Of a stretch of 36,730 nt of DNA, positions 18,742 through 26,124 are shown one piece after another; positions within the stretch are counted from its first letter, which is position 1, and every line of letters begins with the position of its first letter. The notes under the pieces are model-generated. The model searched no databases. It was not told where the DNA came from and was given only the letters and a program-made list of their open reading frames with translations. Both the position numbers and the translations under genes were made by a program. The DNA is from Azospirillaceae bacterium (GTDB lineage: Bacteria > Pseudomonadota > Alphaproteobacteria > Azospirillales > Azospirillaceae): contig DASPMK010000349.1 in assembly GCA_035627075.1 (NCBI GenBank), positions 1-36,730 on the forward strand, in the 5' to 3' direction.

Positions 18742-19527
18742 ATGATCGAAGCCGACCCCATTCTGCTGACCGAAACCGAAGCCGGCGTCGCCACGGTGAC
18801 GCTGAACCGGCCGTCGGCGCGCAACGCCCTGTCCATCTCCCTCTTGAGCGAACTGGAGCGGGCCTTGGCCCGGATCGCCACCGATCCCGCGGTCAAGGTG
18901 GTGGTGCTGGCCGCCAACGGCCCGGCGTTCTGCGCCGGCCATGACGTGAAGGAAATGCGGGCGCTGGAGGGGCGCGACGCGGTGGCGGCGCTGTTCGCCC
19001 TGTGCGGCCGGGTGATGACCGCCCTGGTGCGCCTGCCCCAGCCGGTGATCGCCAAGGTCCAGGGCATGGCCTCGGCCGCCGGCTGCCAACTGGTCGCCAG
19101 TTGCGATCTGGCCTATGCCTCGACGGCGGCCCGCTTCGCCACGCCCGGCGTCAGCATCGGCCTGTTCTGCTCGACCCCGATGGTGGCGCTGTCGCGGGTG
19201 GTGGCGCGCCGGCACGCCCTGGAAATGGCGCTGTCGGGCCAGCCGATCGATGCCGCCACCGCCGAGGCGTGGGGGCTGGTCAATCGGGCCGTGGCCCCGG
19301 AGCGGCTGGACGCCGAGGTGGCCGCCATGGCGGCGCTGATCACGGCCAAATCACCGTATACGGTCAAGCTCGGCAAGGCGGCGTTTTACCGTCAGGCGGA
19401 GATGGGGTGGGACGACGCCCTCGCCCATGCCGGCGAGGCAATGGTCACCAACATGCTGGCGCGGGACGCCGCCGAAGGAATCGACGCGTTCCTGGAAAAG
19501 CGTCCGCCGCAATGGCAAGGGCACTGA
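18742..19527 (+). CDS. enoyl-CoA hydratase/isomerase family protein
   Basis: 261 aa: VATVTLNRPSARNALS...NGPAFCAGHDVKEM...KVQGMASAAGCQLVASCDLAYA...GIDAFLEKRPPQW. An AAGGGA RBS is upstream. Confidence 0.9.
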   Translation: MIEADPILLTETEAGVATVTLNRPSARNALSISLLSELERALARIATDPAVKVVVLAANGPAFCAGHDVKEMRALEGRDAVAALFALCGRVMTALVRLPQPVIAKVQGMASAAGCQLVASCDLAYASTAARFATPGVSIGLFCSTPMVALSRVVARRHALEMALSGQPIDAATAEAWGLVNRAVAPERLDAEVAAMAALITAKSPYTVKLGKAAFYRQAEMGWDDALAHAGEAMVTNMLARDAAEGIDAFLEKRPPQWQGH

Positions 19528-19532
19528 CGCGG

Positions 19533-19566
19533 AAAGGACGGCGCCGCGTGGCGCCGTCCTTTTTTC
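19533..19566 (+). terminator. rho-independent terminator between convergent genes
   Basis: AAAGGACGGCGCC-GCGT-GGCGCCGTCCTTT followed by a T run. Confidence 0.75.
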
Positions 19567-19687
19567 ACTGGCAGAAGGCGGTGGTGGAAAACATCATTCC
19601 AAGGACCGGACCTTGGTAGAGGATCCAGGCCGCCACCAGCACGGCCAAGCCGAGCACGGTGGCGAGCACGCGGACCGCCCCGATCAC
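19565..19687 (-). CDS. 40-codon hydrophobic micro-ORF translationally coupled to the MFS gene
   Basis: The GTG start overlaps the MFS stop (GTGA). Reads MIGAVRVLATVLGLAVLVAAWILYQGPVLGMMFSTTAFCQ, with a single predicted TM helix. Ends just before the terminator. Confidence 0.45.
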   Translation of the reverse strand: MIGAVRVLATVLGLAVLVAAWILYQGPVLGMMFSTTAFCQ

Positions 19688-20898
19688 GCCGGCACCTTGG
19701 CCGGATCGGAGGCCTTGGAGACCTTGATCGGCAAGTTGATCAGGGCGGCGATCAGGCTGAGAACGATGGCAAGCGCCCACGCCCCATCGTAGGAGCCGAG
19801 CCGGTCGTAGAGCACGCCGCCCAGCCAGCCGCCCAGGAAGGCGCCGAGCTGATGGGCGAAGAACACCACCCCGCCCAGCATCGACATGTTCTTGACCCCG
19901 AACAGATCGGCGATGGTGCCGTTGGTCAGCGGCACGGTGGACAGCCAGAACAGCCCCATGACGGCACCGAACGCGTAGGCGCTCCATTCGCTCACCGGCA
20001 GGAAGGCGAAGGCGGCGATGATGATGGCGCGGACGAGGTAGAGCCCGGCCAGCAGCAGCGGCTTGGCGTACCGACCACCCCACAGCCCGGCGTAGTAGGT
20101 GCCGGCGATGTTGAACAGACCGATCAGGGCCAGCACCGTCGAGCCGACCTCCACCGGCAGCCCCTTGTCGGACAGGAAAGCCGGAATGTGGGTGGCGATG
20201 AACACCACCTGGAAGCCGCAGACGAAGAAGCCCAACGCCAGCAGCCGGAACCCCCGGTGGGCAAGGGCGGCGCGGATCGCCTCGCCGGCCGTCATCTCGG
20301 GAACCGCGGCATGGGCGGCGGAGGCCTTCTCGAACAGCGGACCGGCCAGGGGAATCATCGCGGCGGCCAGCACCGACATCGCCACCAGCGTGCCCGACCA
20401 CCCAAGAAACCCGATGCCGCCCAGCGCGCCGGGGAGCATGATGAACTGGCCGAAGGCCGCCCCACCCATGGCGATGCCCATGGCGAGGCTGCGTTTTTCC
20501 GGCGTGGTCGCCCGCGTCAGCGCGCCCAGCACCAGCGGGTAGGTGGTGCCGCTGAGGCCGAGGCCGACCAGGACGCCCGCACCGAGGACGAAGACCACCG
20601 GGCCGTTGGGCTGCGCCATCACCACGAGGCCCAGGGCATAGAGAATGGTGCCGGCGACGATCATCTTGCCGGCGCCGAACCGGTCGGCGGCCAGGCCGGC
20701 GAAGGGCTGGGACAGGCCCCAGATCAGGTTTTGCAACGCGATGGCGAAGGCGAAGACCTCGCGGCCCCAGCCGCCGTCCATGGAGATGGGCTGAAGGAAC
20801 AAGCCGAAGGAATGCCGAACGCCGAGGGAAATCGCCAGGATGGCGGAGGCGCAGACGAGCACGGCGGCCGAGCTGTGCCGCTTCGGGGAGCGTGCCAT
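19684..20898 (-). CDS. MFS transporter (oxalate/formate-antiporter-like subfamily)
   Basis: 404 aa from ATG 20898 (MARSPKRHSSAAVLVCASAIL...). About 45 percent identical by eye to the MFS at 24496-25740. The 626-aa ORF in the track is an artefactual fusion. Confidence 0.88.
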   Translation of the reverse strand: MARSPKRHSSAAVLVCASAILAISLGVRHSFGLFLQPISMDGGWGREVFAFAIALQNLIWGLSQPFAGLAADRFGAGKMIVAGTILYALGLVVMAQPNGPVVFVLGAGVLVGLGLSGTTYPLVLGALTRATTPEKRSLAMGIAMGGAAFGQFIMLPGALGGIGFLGWSGTLVAMSVLAAAMIPLAGPLFEKASAAHAAVPEMTAGEAIRAALAHRGFRLLALGFFVCGFQVVFIATHIPAFLSDKGLPVEVGSTVLALIGLFNIAGTYYAGLWGGRYAKPLLLAGLYLVRAIIIAAFAFLPVSEWSAYAFGAVMGLFWLSTVPLTNGTIADLFGVKNMSMLGGVVFFAHQLGAFLGGWLGGVLYDRLGSYDGAWALAIVLSLIAALINLPIKVSKASDPAKVPA

Positions 20899-20960
20899 GG
20901 TGTCGTTCCGTTTCGAGGGGTGCAGGGCGGGCGGAACCGGGACGTCGAGCGGATCGAGGC

Positions 20961-21521
20961 TCACGGGGCTTCCCGGTCGCGAGGGGCGCAAGGTACGGCG
21001 TCGCGGCCGAGGTCGAGCTGGCAATGCCGCCCCAACCGCTCGCGCAACGCCGCCCGAGCCCGATGCAGCAGCACCCGCGCGTTGCCCTCGCCGATGCCCA
21101 GGACCGCGGCGACCTCGGCATGGCTGGCGCCGCCGATGTCGTGCAGGGTCAGCACCTCGCGCTGCCGGTCGGGCAGGGCCATCAGATGGGCGGTGATGCA
21201 GGCGCCCATCTCGTCCTTCATCAGCGCCAGCACGACATCGTCGTCGTCGGAGGGAAGCTCCGCCAGCGCCATCTCGTCGGCTTCGACTTCGGTGCGGCTG
21301 GCAGGGCGGCGGTAGTGGTCGCGCAAGACGTTGAGGGCGATGGCCGACAGCCAGGTTGCCGGCTGGGAGCGGCCGGCAAATCCCGCCGTCCCCGCCGATG
21401 CCGTGATCGCCCGCAGCAGGGTTTCCTGAACGATGTCCTCGGCCAGATCGGCGTTGCGGCAGACGCGCACGACGAAGCGGCGCAAGTCGGCCCGATACGT
21501 GGCAAAACCCAGGTCGGTCAC
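20961..21521 (-). CDS. ECF-type sigma-70 family RNA polymerase sigma factor
   Basis: 186 aa with a GTG start and an AAGGGGGA RBS. Region 2 reads DLAEDIVQETLLRA and region 4 reads LPDRQREVLTLHDIGGASHAEVAAVLGIGEGNARVLLHRARAALRERL. Has a short Cys-containing tail HCQLDLGRDAVPC. Confidence 0.88.
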   Translation of the reverse strand: MTDLGFATYRADLRRFVVRVCRNADLAEDIVQETLLRAITASAGTAGFAGRSQPATWLSAIALNVLRDHYRRPASRTEVEADEMALAELPSDDDDVVLALMKDEMGACITAHLMALPDRQREVLTLHDIGGASHAEVAAVLGIGEGNARVLLHRARAALRERLGRHCQLDLGRDAVPCAPRDREAP

Positions 21522-21769
21522 GATATTCCCCCTTGCCCAAGTGGGTCCCGACGGACCTTTCCACTCTTGGACGGACGGGCCGGTTGAACCATTACACGGG
21601 ATTAGGGTCTGTCTGACGGCCGGGCGTTGCCGGAGACGGGCGTGGCCTTCGGCACCCGGGCGTCACAGGACCTAATACCCAATCCCGATCGTGGAGGCGC
21701 GGGGCGAGCCCGCGCCTGACGACATAAAGCAACGTCTTGATAGGGCCCGTGATTGTTCCCGGACAGGGC

Positions 21770-22573
21770 CTAAGGCTTGCGCGCCTGGATGGCGGCCGAT
21801 GCGACATAATCCTCGACGCCGAGGCCGGGCGCCCATTCGCGAATCAGATCTCGGCTCTCGGGCTTGGGCTCGATGTGGATGTCGGTGAAGCCGGCCTCGG
21901 CCAGCCACGTCTTCAACTCCTCGACGCTGGCTGCACCGGCGACGCAACCGCAGACCAACTCCTTGAGGGCCTTGAGTTCGGGTGTCAGCGGCTGCAGCAT
22001 TACCACATCGGAGACGGCGATGCGGCCGCCGGACTTCAACACCCGAAAGGCTTCACGCAGGACGGCGGGCTTGTCCGGCGACAGATTGATGACGCAGTTG
22101 GAGATGATGACGTCGGCAGTGCCGTCGGCGACCGGCAGGTGTTCGATTTCGCCCAGGCGGAACTCGACATGGCCGAGCCCCAGCTTGGCGGCGTTGCCGC
22201 GAGCCTTCTTCAGCATCTCCGGCGTCATGTCGACGCCGATGACACGGCCGGTTTCGCCCACCTGCCGGGCGGCGAGGAAACCGTCGAAGCCAGCCCCCGA
22301 GCCCAAGTCCACCACCACCTCGCCCGGCCGCATGGCGGCGATGGCCTGCGGGTTGCCACAGCCCAGGCCCAGGTTGGCCCCTTCGCCGACCGCCGCCAAC
22401 TCGTCGGCGCCATAGCCCATGCGCCGGGCCAGTTCATTAACACCAGGAGCGGTATCGCCGCCGCAACACGACGACGCGACCGTCGGCTTGGGCGGGCAGC
22501 ACAACGAGCCGGTGCCGTCGGCGATGGCACCGTAACGGTTGCGAACCAATTCACGGATCTGGTCGGGGTTCAT
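21770..22573 (-). CDS. arsM: arsenite S-adenosylmethionine methyltransferase
   Basis: 267 aa with LGLGCGNP, VVDLGSGAGFD, IISNCVINLSPDKPAVLREAFRVLKSGGRIAVSD and VCGCVAGA, plus N-terminal CC pairs. Confidence 0.9.
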   Translation of the reverse strand: MNPDQIRELVRNRYGAIADGTGSLCCPPKPTVASSCCGGDTAPGVNELARRMGYGADELAAVGEGANLGLGCGNPQAIAAMRPGEVVVDLGSGAGFDGFLAARQVGETGRVIGVDMTPEMLKKARGNAAKLGLGHVEFRLGEIEHLPVADGTADVIISNCVINLSPDKPAVLREAFRVLKSGGRIAVSDVVMLQPLTPELKALKELVCGCVAGAASVEELKTWLAEAGFTDIHIEPKPESRDLIREWAPGLGVEDYVASAAIQARKP

Positions 22574-22586
22574 GATGACCTCATGT

Positions 22587-22613
22587 TGATCGATGCATTG
22601 ATGATCGATGCAT
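22587..22613. promoter_or_regulatory. tandem TGATCGATGCAT direct repeat just upstream of the arsM start
   Basis: Identical 12-mers at 22587-22598 and 22602-22613 (15-bp phasing), 14-40 nt upstream of the arsM ATG. Related copies occur upstream of the PadR gene. Confidence 0.4.
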
Positions 22614-22636
22614 AAACCTAAAAAAAAACCCTCCGC

Positions 22637-22981
22637 TTACCCGCAGCAAGTGCCACCGATGCCGGACGCGGCTCCGTCGGCAACGACCCGCTCGCTGTCG
22701 ATCAGACAGCGGGTCACCTCCATCCACGCCTCGACGGCGACCTTGAACGCCTCGCGTCCCCGATCGGTGAGGGTGTAGACCTTGCGCTCGCGTCCCGAGA
22801 CGACCTCCGCCGCCGAGGTGACATAGCCGCCCTCCTCGAACTCTCGCAGGACCGGGTAGATCGTCCCCTCCGCCGGGGAGCAGCAGCCGTTGGTCGTCCG
22901 CTCCACCGTACGGGCGATGTCGTAGCCGTGCATCGGCCTTTGATGCAGGACGCAAAGGATGAAGAACTTCGACAGGCTCAT
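22637..22981 (-). CDS. PadR family transcriptional regulator with vicinal cysteine pairs
   Basis: MSLSKFFILCVLHQRPMHGYDIARTVERTTNGCCSPAEGTIYPVLREFEEGGYV...RKVYTLTDRGREAF...GGTCCG*. ATG 22981 gives the canonical PadR N-terminal length. In-frame alternative starts exist at ATG 23068 and TTG 23074. Confidence 0.78.
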   Translation of the reverse strand: MSLSKFFILCVLHQRPMHGYDIARTVERTTNGCCSPAEGTIYPVLREFEEGGYVTSAAEVVSGRERKVYTLTDRGREAFKVAVEAWMEVTRCLIDSERVVADGAASGIGGTCCG

Positions 22982-23085
22982 TTTGATCGTGCCGTTCCAA
23001 TAGGCGCGACTGGTGAGGTCGGGGGGCGTCTTCACTGTGGAACGGGATTGCGTCGGTAATTGAGGCATGCGCAATCCATATACCT

Positions 23086-23116
23086 AGATCATCGATGCGT
23101 CAAGGGTCGATGTAAT
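23086..23116. promoter_or_regulatory. degenerate copies of the ATCGATGC motif in the putative PadR promoter
   Basis: TCATCGATGCGT (10/12 to the arsM-proximal 12-mer) and GGGTCGATGTAA (8/12). They flank or overlap a minus-strand TTGACG (23098-23103) and TATATG (23077-23082) pair with a 15-nt spacer. Confidence 0.3.
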
Positions 23117-23422
23117 GAAATCCCATGCCGTTGGTCTTCAAATTAGCGGGAGGCATGCTGGAATGGTTGAAGGTGGGTTCGCGCGCCTCCGCGCGCTCGT
23201 CGGATGAACCGGCTGGGGTGGTAAAACACCCGGGCAGCCTCCTCGCTCAGGATGCGGATCGCCTTCTGGAGCATCAGCCGCGTCGCAAAGATATCGGACT
23301 GGTAGCGCCGGCACCGTTTCGAAATGAGTACGTATCCATTTCTTAAAGGCCAACGTGCTGTCCAGACTCTTTTCGCGAGATATGGCTGACATGGGCCTTT
23401 CCTGGTCCGCGAAGTTGTCAGC

Positions 23423-24373
23423 CTAACCCGCGAAACCCCTTGCAGGTTCAGCCCACCTCCGTTTGAACACCGTTCCTTCGGCGGGCAACTCCACCGCTGA
23501 CGGCCATGGATTGACTCCATCTTGCAACCACGAGAGAGTCGCCCGCCAAAAGCCTTCGCGGTGACGGGCATGAAACAGGTTGAAATGTCCAATGGCATCA
23601 AAACCGAGATCGCCGGGCTCCAGCAACACCTGTTGACGCTCACTGCCTTTGTAATAATTCAGCCCCCGGCGAATGGCCTGTGGCGTGCCGAATTCATCAT
23701 CCGTCAACCCCACCGCCAGGATCGGTGCCCGCACTGCGGCAAAACGGGCGAGAATGGCTTGACGCTCGTCAGAAGGGTAGCTCGCCTCCAGCCGCGCACG
23801 GCGAAAACTCCACTCGTGCGCCACGCCGGCCGGCAAATCCTCCAGCCAACCCAGGCGCCGCCCCGGAAAATAGCCGAACACCGTCGTGATCGCCGGCATC
23901 GCCACATGCCATCTGAAGAATAGCCGCGCCCGCTTTGCCGCCGCGTAATCCCGCCAGTAGGCATATTGCGCGCCGACCGTCAGCAGGCGGTTGAGCCGAA
24001 CGGCGTTGGAGGCAAAACCCGGAAGAAAGCCGCCGATGCTGTGCCCCACCACCGCCAACGGGCCGTCACGATCACGTTTGCGCGCCCAGTCCACGGTCGC
24101 GTCGAAATCAAGCTCGCCCCAGTCACGCCAGCGAAACCCGGCCCCTCGCATGCGGGCCGGACGTGAGGCGCCGATGCCGCGATAGTCGTACGTCAGCACG
24201 GCGAAACCATGCTCGATCAGGAAGCGCGCGTAGTAATGATAATACCGCGCCAAAACTCCCGTGGCAGCATTGACAATCACGGTTCCGAAATCTCTCCCTT
24301 GCCTTGGGTGCCAGAAGTGACCTGTCAGCTCGTAACCGTCACGGCATGTGATTGTAACAGCTTCAGCTTCCAC
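23423..24373 (-). CDS. alpha/beta hydrolase
   Basis: 316 aa with a GTG start and a GGAGATCAGGAA RBS. Has the nucleophile elbow VGHSIGG. Confidence 0.85.
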   Translation of the reverse strand: MEAEAVTITCRDGYELTGHFWHPRQGRDFGTVIVNAATGVLARYYHYYARFLIEHGFAVLTYDYRGIGASRPARMRGAGFRWRDWGELDFDATVDWARKRDRDGPLAVVGHSIGGFLPGFASNAVRLNRLLTVGAQYAYWRDYAAAKRARLFFRWHVAMPAITTVFGYFPGRRLGWLEDLPAGVAHEWSFRRARLEASYPSDERQAILARFAAVRAPILAVGLTDDEFGTPQAIRRGLNYYKGSERQQVLLEPGDLGFDAIGHFNLFHARHREGFWRATLSWLQDGVNPWPSAVELPAEGTVFKRRWAEPARGFAG

Positions 24374-24495
24374 TTCCTGATCTCCTCGACATGGGTGAAG
24401 GGAGCGTCTTCGCTCGCCACCGGCCTTGCTCGCGCAGCGCGCGAAAGACGACTTCTTCGCGCAGCGCGCGGAAGACGGCTTGTTTCCCCTCAGAC

Positions 24496-25740
24496 TTACG
24501 CGGGACGAAGCGCGGCCGGCACCTCCACCGGCTCGTCATTGATGGGGAAGTGCAGCACCGCCGCGAGCAGACCGGCCATGGCCGTCGCTCCCCAGACCAG
24601 CGAGTAGGAGCCGGTCAGGTCGAAGACGAGGCCGCCGAGCCAAGCGCCCAGAAACGAGCCGATCTGGTGGCTGAGAAAGCAGATGCCGAACAGTGTTCCA
24701 AGGTGCCGCACCCCGAAAACCTTTGCCACCAGACCGCTCGTCAGCGGCACCGTCCCAAGCCAGGTCAGTCCCATGACGGCCGCGAACATCATCACCGATG
24801 TATCGGTTTTCGGGAGCAGAAAGAAGGCGGCAATCGCGGCGCCCCGGACGAGGTAGAGCCAGCCCAGCACATGCTGTTGGCGGAAACGCCCGCCGAGCCA
24901 ACCGCACCCCCAACTTCCGGCCATGTTGAAAAGCCCGATCACGGCAAGCGCGGTGGCACCCAGCCCGGCAGGCATCTGGCACAGGGACAGATAGCCCGGC
25001 AGATGCGTCGCGATGAAGGCAAGCTGGAAACCGCAGGTGAAGAAGCCGATAGTGAGAAGCCGATAGCCTTGATGGCGGCCGGCTTGCGCCAGCGCCTCGC
25101 CGATGGGAACCGGGGGAGTGGCTTGTGAGGAAGCGGTATCGGAATCCCTTCGGCCGAGAAAGATCCCCAGCGGCGCCGCCACCACCATCACGAGAGCCAG
25201 CACGACGAGGGACGCGGTCACTCCCCAGGCTATGGTCACCGTCTGCGCGAGAGGAACCATGAGGACCTGTCCAAGTGATCCGCCGGCGCTCGCCAGACCC
25301 ATGGCCGTGCTGCGTTTCTCGGCGGAGGCGGCCTTGCCGACGGATGTCAGGACCACGCCGAAGCTCGTGCAACTGATTCCGATTCCGACCAGAAGCCCCA
25401 TGCCGACCACGAGCATCACGCCGTTTGAGGCCAGGGCGGCTAGAGTCAGGCCGGAGGCGAAGGTAACCGCGCCGAAGGCGACGACAGGCGCCGCGCCGTA
25501 GCGGTCCGCGGCTGCTCCGGCAAAAGGCTGCGCGAACCCCCACACCAGATTGTGGAGGGCGATCGCGAAGGCGATGAGCGTGACCGGTATGTCGCGATCC
25601 AGGGAGAATGGCCCAAGGAACAGGCCGAAAGTCTGCCGGATTCCCATGGCCGCGCTCATGATCAGCGCTCCGGACACGACAACCAGCATCATGGCGCTGA
25701 CAAGGTGCCCCGATCGTTTTCTATCCGCCATTTCCGACAT
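24496..25740 (-). CDS. MFS transporter, paralogue of 19684-20898
   Basis: MSEMADRKRSGHLVSAMMLVV... A GGAGG RBS 5 nt upstream of ATG 25740 favours this start over ATG 25752. Confidence 0.88.
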   Translation of the reverse strand: MSEMADRKRSGHLVSAMMLVVVSGALIMSAAMGIRQTFGLFLGPFSLDRDIPVTLIAFAIALHNLVWGFAQPFAGAAADRYGAAPVVAFGAVTFASGLTLAALASNGVMLVVGMGLLVGIGISCTSFGVVLTSVGKAASAEKRSTAMGLASAGGSLGQVLMVPLAQTVTIAWGVTASLVVLALVMVVAAPLGIFLGRRDSDTASSQATPPVPIGEALAQAGRHQGYRLLTIGFFTCGFQLAFIATHLPGYLSLCQMPAGLGATALAVIGLFNMAGSWGCGWLGGRFRQQHVLGWLYLVRGAAIAAFFLLPKTDTSVMMFAAVMGLTWLGTVPLTSGLVAKVFGVRHLGTLFGICFLSHQIGSFLGAWLGGLVFDLTGSYSLVWGATAMAGLLAAVLHFPINDEPVEVPAALRPA

Positions 25741-26043
25741 TATGACCTCCATCCTGGAAAACCAGAGTAGCGATCGGTGGTTGGCGCGACAAAAGAGAAG
25801 GGTTTGAGGATGGATGAACGATTTTCATCCATCCTCACAGGGTATCCCCTTGTGTGATGTACGAGGCTCTGGGTTCGGATGGCTGCGGACGGTTGATACG
25901 GGCGGCACTTGTCCGCAGTTCCCAGGGAAACGGCATGGAGGCCAGAGCATCATGTTCGGCCTCGCGCCCCTCGGCGTCGAGAATGGGGCGGCAGGCCATC
26001 GGGCTACCCGTCGCCAGGGCTCATGGGCCAACCGGAAACGAAG

Positions 26044-26098
26044 TCCAGGGGCCAAAGGCCCCTGGATGAAGATCGCCAAGGGGCCGGAGCCCCTTGGC
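26044..26098 (-). terminator. two tandem hairpins downstream of clpA
   Basis: GCCAAGGGGC-CGGA-GCCCCTTGGC (26075-26098) and TCCAGGGGCC-AAA-GGCCCCTGGA (26044-26066). On the minus strand the second is followed by CTTCGTTTCC. Confidence 0.55.
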
Positions 26099-26124
26099 CT
26101 TGCTTTTCCCTATACCCCGCGGAC

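Noticed and set aside
19684-21564. A 626-aa ORF that appears to fuse the MFS transporter with upstream sequence.
   Set aside because: The N-terminal 220 residues are Arg/Pro-rich shadow sequence overlapping the ECF sigma gene in another frame. The transporter starts at ATG 20898.
23125-23392. A lower-GC patch between the PadR gene and the hydrolase gene. It holds an 84-codon ORF with a good RBS (MSAISREKSLDSTLAFKKWIRTHFE...) and, in another frame, KRCRRYQSDIFATRLMLQKAIRILSEEAARVFYHPSRFIRR.
   Set aside because: It might be a frameshifted HTH gene (IS3 OrfA-like, AraC-like or integrase-like). I could not settle on a family, and most of the 84-aa ORF reads like out-of-frame Pro/Arg-rich sequence. 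It needs a BLASTX search before any call.
25806-25836. Hairpin GAGGATGGATGAA-CGATT-TTCATCCATCCTC in the 372-bp spacer between the MFS gene and clpA, and the spacer as a possible sRNA locus.
   Set aside because: No promoter, T tract or conserved element could be identified by eye. It is kept only as a note.
25895-25907. A 12-13-nt match (GATACGGGCGGC) to the first arm of the 126-bp repeat, in the MFS-clpA spacer.
   Set aside because: It is too short, the matching second arm is absent, and a chance occurrence in GC-rich DNA is likely.
26032-26042. A shared 11-nt tail TTCGTTTCCGG after the grxD terminator hairpin (5610-5620) and, on the minus strand, after a clpA-downstream hairpin. A similar CGGAAACGAAG lies inside the 57-bp insert.
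   Set aside because: Most simply explained as similar U-rich terminator tails. There is not enough evidence for a distinct motif.
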